Positions 1-8,226 of a stretch of 22,729 nucleotides of DNA are shown piece by piece (position 1 is the first letter of the stretch; each line of letters opens with the position of its first letter). The translations under genes and the position numbers were made by a program. The notes beneath the pieces were generated by a model that saw nothing but the letters and a program-made list of their open reading frames with translations, was not told the origin of the DNA and ran no database searches. Location: contig JAUQYZ020000120.1 of the NCBI GenBank assembly GCA_030587475.2, positions 1-22,729 on the forward strand. The letters run 5' to 3'. This DNA is from Candidatus Sigynarchaeum calidifontis (GTDB taxonomy: Archaea > Asgardarchaeota > Lokiarchaeia > Sigyniarchaeales > Sigyniarchaeaceae).

Positions 1-529
1 AAAGCCGCACGTCGTGCTTGCAGACGCTGCAGACGCCGGCGAGATCATCACCCGAACTGAGGTTCCCGCACGCCACGCACACCCAAAGCTTCATATTGAT
101 GTAATCTTTGCCTTGCTGCACGGAATCGATTGCCTTATGCAATGTCGTGGCGTGTGTTTTCTCGGTACCAAGTGCCCATTGCATACTGAGCCGCGCGATC
201 TCGCCGCGCTCGGTTTTTTCTCGCTTCATCTGCTTGATCAAGCCCGGATACATCTCCTCGTATTCCCACGTTTCGGTGGCGAGCGCAGCTTTCAAGTTTT
301 CCAGTGTTGTTCCCGTTTCGAATGCTTGATCCTGGGGGGTGAATGCCGTGCCGAGGGCGCGCTTGTGATTTTCGAGATGCACCTTCTCGCCCGCCATTAT
401 CGCCTTGAACAAGTAAGCGATGTTTGGCATGTTCTCCCGCTGGGCGATCTCGGCATATCGCTGGTACTTTCGGATGGCATTGTGCTCCCCGGTAATCGCC
501 TCCTGCAAGATGCTTTCAAACGTGCCCAT
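1..529 (-). CDS. rbr: Rubrerythrin (di-iron four-helix bundle + C-terminal rubredoxin-like domain); 3' end runs off the window
   Basis: Hand translation from ATG at 529: MGTFESILQEAITGEHNAIRKYQRYAEIAQRENMPNIAYLFKAIMAGEKVH...ETWEYEEMYP...EKTH...WVCVACGN...CSVCKH. It has two ExxH di-iron motifs and a CxxC...CxxC rubredoxin domain. It is absent from the ORF track because there is no stop inside the window. Confidence 0.92.
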   Translation of the reverse strand, partial: MGTFESILQEAITGEHNAIRKYQRYAEIAQRENMPNIAYLFKAIMAGEKVHLENHKRALGTAFTPQDQAFETGTTLENLKAALATETWEYEEMYPGLIKQMKREKTERGEIARLSMQWALGTEKTHATTLHKAIDSVQQGKDYINMKLWVCVACGNLSSGDDLAGVCSVCKHDVRL

Positions 530-635
530 AATCGAGCCTCTCGTTAGGTAATTGCACTAATGGATGGTTTTGCCTCGTTCTTAATTAAATAGACGGTTGT
601 TAGAGAAAGAAGGTGGTAAAACGAAATGAAGAGAT

Positions 636-1586
636 CTACTCTATTCCGATGCTCGCGAGCAATGTCTTGGGCGATGGGCGATGTGATTTGATAGAAATCT
701 CGTCCGGCTTGTGTCCGAAGGCGAGGGCAACGAGGTCAGTCAAATAGAACACGGGAAACTCGTACGTTTCACCAAATGTCTTTTTCACGTCGCGTTGGGC
801 ATTTTCCAACCGCTGGTAACAGCTCGGGCACACGACCATGATGCAATTCGCGCCGGCTTGCTGGATGCTCTTGTACTTGCGCTGGTTCATCTTCACGGCG
901 GTCTCGGGATCGGCCATGTTGACGCCCGTGCCGCAGCACAGCATCTTCTCGGTATACTCGACCGACTCGGCGCCGAGTGCCCGCACGATCTCGTCGAGCT
1001 TCGTGGGGAAGAACGGGTCGTCGAGCTGGTGGAGCTCGCTGGGCCTGATGAAATGGCACCCGTAATGGACGGCGATCTTGAGGCCGACCAGCGGTTTCTT
1101 GACCAGCGCCTTGACCTTGTCCATGCCGATCTCCTCGTAAAGGACGTGGGCGAAATGGCGCACGGTTTCCACGGTACCCTTAAACGATCGGTTGACCGTC
1201 GCGAGCGCCTCGTTCACGCCCGCCTTCATGTATGCGTCGTGCTTCATGACGTGGTTCGCATGCTTGAGAGACAGGACGCAACCACTGCACAAGCCCATTA
1301 TATCCTTGGCCTTCATATCCTCTGCTATCGTGACGTTGCGCGTGCTCAGCGTGATCCATGTCTTTTCGCTCACGCCGCGGATGCCGATCGGGTCGGGGCA
1401 GCATGCCGCGCCTTTCATCGGCCTCAAGTTGATGTTGAGATCCTTGCACACGACCTTCGCCGATTTCTCGACAAAGGGAATGCGGGCAGGGATGACGCAG
1501 CCGAGGAACAAGGCCTTCTCGATCGGTGGGAGCTTGACGTCCGCCGGGGATTTTGCCGCTTCGGTCATCTTGTTGTCCACCTCCAT
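636..1586 (-). CDS. hdrB: Heterodisulfide reductase subunit B (two CCG domains)
   Basis: FLGC...ACCPDP...CSGC and HYGCH...LCCG...CPSC CCG motifs. ATG at 1586 (or GTG at 1589) overlaps the hdrC TGA. Confidence 0.95.
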   Translation of the reverse strand: MEVDNKMTEAAKSPADVKLPPIEKALFLGCVIPARIPFVEKSAKVVCKDLNINLRPMKGAACCPDPIGIRGVSEKTWITLSTRNVTIAEDMKAKDIMGLCSGCVLSLKHANHVMKHDAYMKAGVNEALATVNRSFKGTVETVRHFAHVLYEEIGMDKVKALVKKPLVGLKIAVHYGCHFIRPSELHQLDDPFFPTKLDEIVRALGAESVEYTEKMLCCGTGVNMADPETAVKMNQRKYKSIQQAGANCIMVVCPSCYQRLENAQRDVKKTFGETYEFPVFYLTDLVALAFGHKPDEISIKSHRPSPKTLLASIGIE

Positions 1587-2137
1587 CACTCCGGCGCCTT
1601 GGCGGCTGGTGCCGCGGCTGCCTTCTCGGCCCTGAACTTTTCCACGATCTCCTTCATGCCAGTCGCCTCCATGAGCGTCTGTAATTCTTTCAAGGGAATC
1701 ACGATGTTCTCTTCCAGGTTCTGTTCGAGGCCAAGTTCCTTGCGGGCCCGGATCATCGGCGCCATGTATGGCACGGCGACCCCGTTGTCGAAGACGGCCA
1801 TGGATTGCGCCTTGTACGCGTCAGGGACAAAACCCTCCTTAACTGCCAAGTTCTTCAAAACATAGAAGATCTCTGTCAGTTCCACGTGTTGCGGGCAAGA
1901 CTCGTCACAAGTATCGCATAAAGTGCAAAACCAGAGCACTGGATCCTTGATGAGCTTATCCTTCATGCCGAGCAAGGATTTTTCGATGATCCGGCGCGGA
2001 TTATACTTGCCATTTGTCTCCTTTGCAACGGGACAGCCGCCTGAACACGTACCGCATTGATAACAATAGGTGAGCGACAAGGCACCGTGCATTTTCAAGA
2101 GCGCGTTCCGAAAATCGAAATTTATTGTAGAAGCCAT
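1586..2137 (-). CDS. hdrC: Heterodisulfide reductase subunit C (2x[4Fe-4S])
   Basis: CYQCGTCSGGCP and WFCTLCDTCDESCP motifs; directly upstream of and coupled to hdrB. Confidence 0.94.
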   Translation of the reverse strand: MASTINFDFRNALLKMHGALSLTYCYQCGTCSGGCPVAKETNGKYNPRRIIEKSLLGMKDKLIKDPVLWFCTLCDTCDESCPQHVELTEIFYVLKNLAVKEGFVPDAYKAQSMAVFDNGVAVPYMAPMIRARKELGLEQNLEENIVIPLKELQTLMEATGMKEIVEKFRAEKAAAAPAAKAPE

Positions 2138-2213
2138 TATTGGTGCATCCTTTTCGATAATTGGGAAGATCGTGGTACGAATTTACATAGAAGCACAGAG
2201 TGATATTGGCTTG

Positions 2214-2230
2214 AGAAAATTTATTATTGT
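2214..2230. promoter_or_regulatory. Possible archaeal TATA-like element in the divergent hdrC / esterase intergenic region
   Basis: AT-rich GAAAATTTATTATT in an otherwise GC-rich background, between divergent genes. Confidence 0.35.
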
Positions 2231-2301
2231 TCCTTTTTGAACCGCATGTCCCGTTAATGCTCGATAACCAGCCATTTAGGGTGCTGATGCCTAGATTATC
2301 C

Positions 2302-3411
2302 ATGGCAAGGCCGGCCATCTTCGTCTATGCACCGCTCGACCGCGCCGTGTACCAGCGCGGACCAGACGATCGCGCAAGAATCTTCATTACTGGCACGGTC
2401 AAGGCCATCTCGATGCGCGAGGGTTACCGCATCGTGTATGAGACGACCGATCCTAGGGGAATCCCAGGACCAGGAGGAACATTGCGATTCGTGGGCAAGC
2501 GAGGTTGGTTCGCGGGGCCGGTAACACTCTCCTCGGGCGGCTGGTATCGATTCCACTTCGAATTGCGAGATGCCAGTGGCAAGCTAGTATGCTCCACCAC
2601 GGTCGATCACGTGGGCGTGGGCGAGGTCTTCATCACGGCGGGGCAATCCAACGCAGCGAACAGCGGCACGACCCGCCTGGCGCCGAAAAGCGACCTCGTA
2701 TCTGCAAGGGGTTTACATGGATGGCAATTGGCAAAGGACCCACAGCCAGTCGCCACGAACGATGGCGGGAGCCCGTGGCCGGCCATGGCGGACGCGCTGG
2801 TGGATGCCTTGCACGTCCCGATCGGGCTCATCTCGGTCGGGGTGGGAGGCACGGCAGTCGCCACGTGGCTACCGGACAACGATGAGGCGCGCTTTCAGCG
2901 GCCATGGTCATCGCGACTATTATCTGGCCTGGTCGGGATGCTCCGGCTCGACTGGAACAGGTGGCCATGGTTAACCAAGCTCCGCCCCAAGACTGAAAAC
3001 TTCTCGCGCCTCACGTGGGCATTCAAGGTGGCAGGCGTGCGTGGTGCCCGCGCGGTGCTCTGGCACCAGGGCGAGTCTGACTCGATTGCCAGGACGCCGG
3101 CGAACATTTACGCCGAGCGTTTACGCACGGTCATCGGCGGTTCCCGTGTTGCGGCGGGTTGGGACATCCCCTGGCTCGTTGCCCGCGCGAGCTATCACGT
3201 GCAAGCACCGGCGCCCGACATGGAAGCTGTCGCAAGGGGACAAAGATCGGTCATCGACGCTAGCAAATGGATCTATGAAGGACCGACGACCGATGATTTG
3301 CTGGGCGATGAATGGCGGGCCCCGGATCTGGTTCATTTCAACGGCGCGGGGCTCGCGGAGCACGGCCGGCGCTGGGCCCGTGCCATCCTCGAGACGCTCC
3401 TCAAGGAATAG
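2302..3411 (+). CDS. Sialate O-acetylesterase / SASA-family (SGNH) carbohydrate esterase with an N-terminal beta-rich domain
   Basis: GEVFITAGQSN (nucleophile Ser), WHQGESD and DLVHF (DxxH) motifs. Start is probably ATG 2302 or 2287 rather than TTG 2227. Confidence 0.85.
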   Translation: MARPAIFVYAPLDRAVYQRGPDDRARIFITGTVKAISMREGYRIVYETTDPRGIPGPGGTLRFVGKRGWFAGPVTLSSGGWYRFHFELRDASGKLVCSTTVDHVGVGEVFITAGQSNAANSGTTRLAPKSDLVSARGLHGWQLAKDPQPVATNDGGSPWPAMADALVDALHVPIGLISVGVGGTAVATWLPDNDEARFQRPWSSRLLSGLVGMLRLDWNRWPWLTKLRPKTENFSRLTWAFKVAGVRGARAVLWHQGESDSIARTPANIYAERLRTVIGGSRVAAGWDIPWLVARASYHVQAPAPDMEAVARGQRSVIDASKWIYEGPTTDDLLGDEWRAPDLVHFNGAGLAEHGRRWARAILETLLKE

Positions 3412-3422
3412 ATCCCCGATGT

Positions 3423-4097
3423 TCACGACCCGGGCTTGACCAGCATGCTGAGCGTGTATCTCCGGTCTTTCTGGTGGAATTCCACGCTCTTCCTTTCTAG
3501 CAAGCTGGCAAGCGAGATCATGACCTGAGCCTTCTCGTGCCCCATGAGCGCAAAGTCAGCGGCGATTTTTTCCTCCGTGGCGCCGCCATCGCTGATGAGA
3601 AGGTACAAGAGTATCTTCGTGGGGAGATCGGACGCGAGCTCCATAATGCCCCGGATTTGGATGCTCGTGTCCAGTGCTTTCTCTTTCAATTGCTGGATCT
3701 CGTTAGCGAAGTTGAGGAGCACGACTTCGGTGACGGGAATCTCGGCTTGCACGAGAGAGAACGCTTGCTGCAATCGCTTGTCGATCCCCTCCTCCTCCGC
3801 GTGTGGCAGCACGAACTCTGCGAGCTGCTCGAGGAATTTAACGAAGTTGGCGGGGATCTCGTTCGGCAAGAGCGCTAAAGCGATGGCTTTCATCAAGGCC
3901 TCGTTGTAGAACGATACCGCCTTGAAGCCCTTCTCCTCCACGACGATCCACGGGGAATCCTTGTGAAACGAGTGCGCGACATCGATGGTCTGCACGTTGT
4001 TCATATTGATCTCGAAGTCATCGGGATACTTGCTGGTGACGATGGCACCTTCCAGCGTATCCCATGAGATGACGAACAAGCATGCTGGCAAGAACAT
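3423..4097 (-). CDS. Longin/uDENN-like N-terminal domain + coiled coil + C-terminal winged helix (Asgard-type hypothetical protein)
   Basis: N-terminal LFVISWDTLEGAIVTSKYP resembles longin/uDENN strands 1-2. C-terminal KILLYLL..GGATEEKIAADF...AQVMISLASLLERKSVEF...RYTL has a winged-helix pattern. ATG 4097 is preferred because 4140-4200 is AT-rich and promoter-like. Confidence 0.6.
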   Translation of the reverse strand: MFLPACLFVISWDTLEGAIVTSKYPDDFEINMNNVQTIDVAHSFHKDSPWIVVEEKGFKAVSFYNEALMKAIALALLPNEIPANFVKFLEQLAEFVLPHAEEEGIDKRLQQAFSLVQAEIPVTEVVLLNFANEIQQLKEKALDTSIQIRGIMELASDLPTKILLYLLISDGGATEEKIAADFALMGHEKAQVMISLASLLERKSVEFHQKDRRYTLSMLVKPGS

Positions 4098-4164
4098 CGA
4101 CCTGAATGGATGGAAATCCCGATCGAACCGTTTTTTCCCGGTGGATATACACAATGGAAGTATA

Positions 4165-4185
4165 TCTATGTTTTTAAAATAGGTA
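4165..4185 (-). promoter_or_regulatory. Possible TATA box for the longin-like gene
   Basis: Minus strand reads TATTTTAAAAACATAG within an AT-rich island upstream of ATG 4097. Confidence 0.35.
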
Positions 4186-4219
4186 ACTCGCATCGAATAA
4201 TCTTGGAAAGAAGAATCGA

Positions 4220-6610
4220 TCACGCGCTCACGTCGATCTCGCGCTTGCCTTCTTTGTCAATCGTGACCATTGCACGCACGACGCGCTTTTGGTGATCGAC
4301 CTCGATATGGCCATCTTGGACGTTGATCTTGGGAGCCTTCTTGGCGAACGAGAACAAGACGGGTACGACCTCGCCAGGCACGCCTTCGACGCGCACTGTG
4401 GCGTTTTTCCATTCGTCATCGACATCAACCGCCGGGAACTGCTTGTTGGAACAAGTGATGAACTTGGTCGGGTTCCCCGCCATGAACACGCCGTTGACGA
4501 TCTCCGGGCAGAGGATGACGAGTTCTTGCCCCTCGTATGGTAAATCGACCGAGATGCTGGAAGAAGGGGATTCTAGCGGGATAAATTCTTGCTTCCAGAA
4601 CAGGTATGCAGCGTATTGTCCCTTGATGGCAAGTTCCTCTTGCGATATCGTCTTGTCCCTGACCCTCGACGGCCAGAGGTTCGAGACGTGGATGTAATGC
4701 CACGTGTAACTTGTTTTCTTGCTAAACGTGGACGTGATGTAGTATTTCGCGTGCTGCTTGAACATGAGGTCGACGGGTGTCGCTGGCTTGTCTGGTTTTA
4801 AGAGCAAACCGTCCGACCGGCACGTTTTCATTATGAGCTCGACGTTTTCGTTGCCGATCTTGTCGCCAGGCGCGACGGGGCCGCCGGACAGCGCGGCGGA
4901 CAAGCATTCCATCTCCGGACGTTTCTCCTGGTAAAACCAGTACACCTTCTTGCCGGAGCTAAAAAACGTGTCCTTGTGGGGCCAGATGCCAACCGCGTTG
5001 CACAGCATCGACGTCACCGTGAAGTGCGGCAAGTACCACCTGCGTGGTTGCATGCCGTTGTGGTCGTCGCTAGCACGTGCTTGAAGCACGTTCGGTAACT
5101 TGACCGCTTGCATGATAAAGGAGGAAGGCGCCATGCAATACTGGATCGTCATGCCTTGCTTTTCGGCACCCCTGGCCATGTTGGTCGTCCAATTCTCTGC
5201 GAAATCAAAATCATGTTTCATCGGGTGTATATTCTCGTATTGATAATTGAGCCAATCTTGAAGGTAGCAACGCAAGCCCCACTCTCGCGATGCCTTGAAA
5301 AGATCGTCCCAGAAGTCTTGCTTCCGCGGGGCAGCGAATAATGGAAAACCGAGGGTCTTCAACGTCGGTTTCTGGACGTAAAAATCATATTCCTTGACGT
5401 AATGGGACTTGGGCGAGAACCACCGCGAGTGGCACATGAGCGGGAGCTTGTCCAGCTTCTCCCAGACGTGCTTGAGCCCGTGCGGGAAGATGTCTGGTTT
5501 CGGCGGCTCGCCCCAGTGCATCGCGGAGCCTGAAACGAAGATCTTGAGGAGCGCGGGGAGCTTCTCGTAGGACTTGGGGTACCACCACGAGTCGAGCTCG
5601 TAATACCCGTAGGGGAGTCCGACCTTCTTGTGCTGCTCGCGCAAGGCGATCATCGTGTCCTCGTAGTTTTTCCCCTTTTCCGTGTTGTAATAATAGTAGG
5701 CGCCGTTGTCCGTGTTGTACCCGAGCATTGCCGTGATGGGGTTGCTGTATGGATCGCGTATCTTGCCGCCACCAGTTGCAGCGTGGCGCTTTCGTATCAA
5801 CACCCCCCAGTCCTCGATGATCTTGTTGATGCCCTTGCCGAACACGATCGCCGATTCGAGCACGAACCCCGCCGGCGTTTTTTCGACGGTGCCAGCTAGA
5901 CCGGCACTCATTGCCTTTGATGTCTTGTACCGTCGGATACCAGTGACGAAAAACCTGTCGAGCGACGAGAACGCGAACGCGTTCAGCTCGTCATCGTACA
6001 TGACCACGGGCGCAAGCGAGAACGTGAAGTCGGTTCGGGGCGGGGCGAACTTCGTGTTCGCCCACGTGAGCACGTGCTCGTTACTTCCTTGCAGGCCAAA
6101 TAGGGGGAATTCTATCAAACATTCGCCGAACTTCCTCTTCCCGGGCAACTGGCATTCCCACGGGATGATCAGCTTGAAATGCATTAACGGCGCGTCGACA
6201 CCCCTCGATATTTTGCCGATCACTTGCTTGCCCGTATCACCCATCATCCACGTGATGGTCGTCTCGAGCATTTTGCCGAGCTCGGTGGTAATTGGCTTGT
6301 CTTCCTCGATTTCCGCGACGGCGAGCTGGTATTTCTTGTTTTTCGATAGCGGGGAATACACGCGGCCACCTTGCTTGATGCGAGGTTGGCAGTTCTTGAG
6401 GAACTTTTCCTCGCCGAACTTGATGTCGACGACACCCGTGTCCCCGTACAAGACCATCTCGGGTTTATCGTACTGGATATATGCCACGGGGGGTTTCTGC
6501 TTCCGCTTGTCGCGACCGGGCAAGAAGGTGGGCGTCCTTTTCCCGGTCAACGCAGCCCACATGAATGCGGTCATGGAAAAATAAAGTGTCGATCCCACGG
6601 CGCTTCTCAC
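4220..6610 (-). CDS. Glycoside hydrolase, GH36/GH27 (clan D)-like TIM barrel, uncharacterised subfamily
   Basis: LDSWWY (cf. IDDGW), DIFPHGL, YLQDWL (candidate nucleophile), RASDD (candidate acid/base) and ALSGGPVAPGD...DGLLLKP (raffinose synthase/Sip1-like C-terminal motif). Exact start uncertain. Confidence 0.72.
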   Translation of the reverse strand: MRSAVGSTLYFSMTAFMWAALTGKRTPTFLPGRDKRKQKPPVAYIQYDKPEMVLYGDTGVVDIKFGEEKFLKNCQPRIKQGGRVYSPLSKNKKYQLAVAEIEEDKPITTELGKMLETTITWMMGDTGKQVIGKISRGVDAPLMHFKLIIPWECQLPGKRKFGECLIEFPLFGLQGSNEHVLTWANTKFAPPRTDFTFSLAPVVMYDDELNAFAFSSLDRFFVTGIRRYKTSKAMSAGLAGTVEKTPAGFVLESAIVFGKGINKIIEDWGVLIRKRHAATGGGKIRDPYSNPITAMLGYNTDNGAYYYYNTEKGKNYEDTMIALREQHKKVGLPYGYYELDSWWYPKSYEKLPALLKIFVSGSAMHWGEPPKPDIFPHGLKHVWEKLDKLPLMCHSRWFSPKSHYVKEYDFYVQKPTLKTLGFPLFAAPRKQDFWDDLFKASREWGLRCYLQDWLNYQYENIHPMKHDFDFAENWTTNMARGAEKQGMTIQYCMAPSSFIMQAVKLPNVLQARASDDHNGMQPRRWYLPHFTVTSMLCNAVGIWPHKDTFFSSGKKVYWFYQEKRPEMECLSAALSGGPVAPGDKIGNENVELIMKTCRSDGLLLKPDKPATPVDLMFKQHAKYYITSTFSKKTSYTWHYIHVSNLWPSRVRDKTISQEELAIKGQYAAYLFWKQEFIPLESPSSSISVDLPYEGQELVILCPEIVNGVFMAGNPTKFITCSNKQFPAVDVDDEWKNATVRVEGVPGEVVPVLFSFAKKAPKINVQDGHIEVDHQKRVVRAMVTIDKEGKREIDVSA

Positions 6611-6635
6611 CTAGATGACCACCTATAGGAGACGA

Positions 6636-6646
6636 GGAAAAAAAGA
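6636..6646 (-). terminator. Oligo-T archaeal terminator candidate
   Basis: T7 run (A 6638-6644 on +) just after the GH4 stop. Confidence 0.35.
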
Positions 6647-6648
6647 CC

Positions 6649-8208
6649 TTACGATCGACTGGTTGGCCAGAAAAACGCCTTTGCCTTCAAACGCTCGTCG
6701 GGCAGGAACATGGCCTTCTTGTATGCACCACCCTCCTTGGCGAGATCCTTCGGCGACACCCACCACTTCGATGTTTTCAACTCGTCCTCGGTGGGTATCC
6801 ATTCTGCCCAAGCTGGTGGCATCCATCGCTTCTGGTAAAAGAGCATGAGCTTGGTGAGGTACTCGAGCTTGTCGTCGTCTTCGATCCAGTTGGCCATCGG
6901 GTCGTGTAGCATTGCCTTGACGCATAAACCGAGGTCGTTGCCGAGCGCCGCGTCGACCGTGCAGCGCATCTGCTTCGCATGCGGCCGGACGAGCGTCGCG
7001 ATTTCCTCGGGCAGGTGAATCGTCTTGACGGGCATTATCACCCCGTCCTTGAAGAAACCTGGTACTTCGACGATGCAATCGTCGGGAAGCTCGGGCACGA
7101 TCTTCGGGTAACCCGTGTGCATGTTCGGCAAGTTCACCACGTGCGGCCGGTGCGCGGGATGGTCCTCCCGCCAGTCGAGCGTCATCTCCATCGCCCGCTC
7201 GCCGATGGCCCGGGGGCCAGGCACGCCTACATCGCCGTTCGCCATCCGCTGGAACGTGGCATAGCGGCTGCGGCGCTCGCGGTCGAGCGCAGCAACGTCG
7301 CGGACGACGGGAAAGTTCCAGAACGGCGACTGTATCTCGTAGTTGAAGTAGTTGTAGTAATCCGTCATGAACTCGGCGAGGTGACGGCTGCCAGGGTACG
7401 GGAACCAGCCATACCGGTCCAGCAAGTGGAAATTGAAGCCATGGCCCAACCAGCGCAGTGTCAGGAATCTCGTTGACTTGCCGAGCGCCTTGGCCTTTTT
7501 ACGTAAAGCCGGATAGTAATCCTTCCCATTGACCTCGAACCTGGTGATCCAGGCGAAGTGATTGATGCCCGCGTATTCCAGGTTGTTGATGAGGGTCTTG
7601 AACGGGCGCACGAACTTGCCCTTACCCGCAAGGAATGCCCAGAGCACCGCGCCGCCACCGAAGAGCTCGTGGCACAGGCCAATAAATTGCACCCTGGGGG
7701 CCGCCGTGCGCGCGGCCATCGTTATGGAACCCTGGGGATTCGTATAATTAAGTAAGGGGGCCTTCGGGCACAGCTCGGCCATGTCCCTGGCGATGCCGGC
7801 GGCAACGTGATTTGTCCTGAAGGAACGGAACAGCCCGCCGGGGCCGAGCGTGTCGCCCGTGTTCTGCGGGATGCCGAACTTGAGGGGGACGTAGATGTCG
7901 TACCATTCGGACTCTTGCATGCCGACCGAAATGCTCTTGTAGACGAAGCTGGCATTCTCGAGAACCTTGCGGCGGTCGGTCGACTTCGTCACGATGATTT
8001 CGCCTGAACCGTACCGCTTCTTGCGCGACGCCTTTTCAACCATGCGTACCAGAATCTTATGCATGATGTCGAGGCTGTGCTCGTCGACGTCGCAGAGTGC
8101 AACTTCCATGGGTAGAAGCTTTTTCGCGTTCACGATGTTTCGGAAGAATCCAATAGAGAACCGGAAGCTGCCAGCGCCGATATAGGCGAGCTTGAACCGT
8201 TCGGTCAT
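6649..8208 (-). CDS. Family 4 glycoside hydrolase (NAD+/Mn2+-dependent, alpha-galactosidase MelA-like)
   Basis: IGAGS Rossmann motif, GDTLGPGG, NYTNP, IGLCH (metal Cys), GINHFAW and VEVP. ATG 8208 (GTG 8217 alternative). Confidence 0.92.
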   Translation of the reverse strand: MTERFKLAYIGAGSFRFSIGFFRNIVNAKKLLPMEVALCDVDEHSLDIMHKILVRMVEKASRKKRYGSGEIIVTKSTDRRKVLENASFVYKSISVGMQESEWYDIYVPLKFGIPQNTGDTLGPGGLFRSFRTNHVAAGIARDMAELCPKAPLLNYTNPQGSITMAARTAAPRVQFIGLCHELFGGGAVLWAFLAGKGKFVRPFKTLINNLEYAGINHFAWITRFEVNGKDYYPALRKKAKALGKSTRFLTLRWLGHGFNFHLLDRYGWFPYPGSRHLAEFMTDYYNYFNYEIQSPFWNFPVVRDVAALDRERRSRYATFQRMANGDVGVPGPRAIGERAMEMTLDWREDHPAHRPHVVNLPNMHTGYPKIVPELPDDCIVEVPGFFKDGVIMPVKTIHLPEEIATLVRPHAKQMRCTVDAALGNDLGLCVKAMLHDPMANWIEDDDKLEYLTKLMLFYQKRWMPPAWAEWIPTEDELKTSKWWVSPKDLAKEGGAYKKAMFLPDERLKAKAFFWPTSRS

Positions 8209-8226
8209 GTTATACACCTTGAATTG

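Noticed and set aside
14-547. 177-aa plus-strand ORF
   Set aside because: It is the antisense shadow of the minus-strand rubrerythrin, which has clear motifs.
711-1865. 384-aa plus-strand ORF
   Set aside because: Antisense to hdrB/hdrC, with no motifs; typical of GC-rich coding DNA.
5706-6584. 292-aa plus-strand ORF and similar long antisense ORFs elsewhere
   Set aside because: Ser/Pro/Thr-rich mirror frames of real genes.
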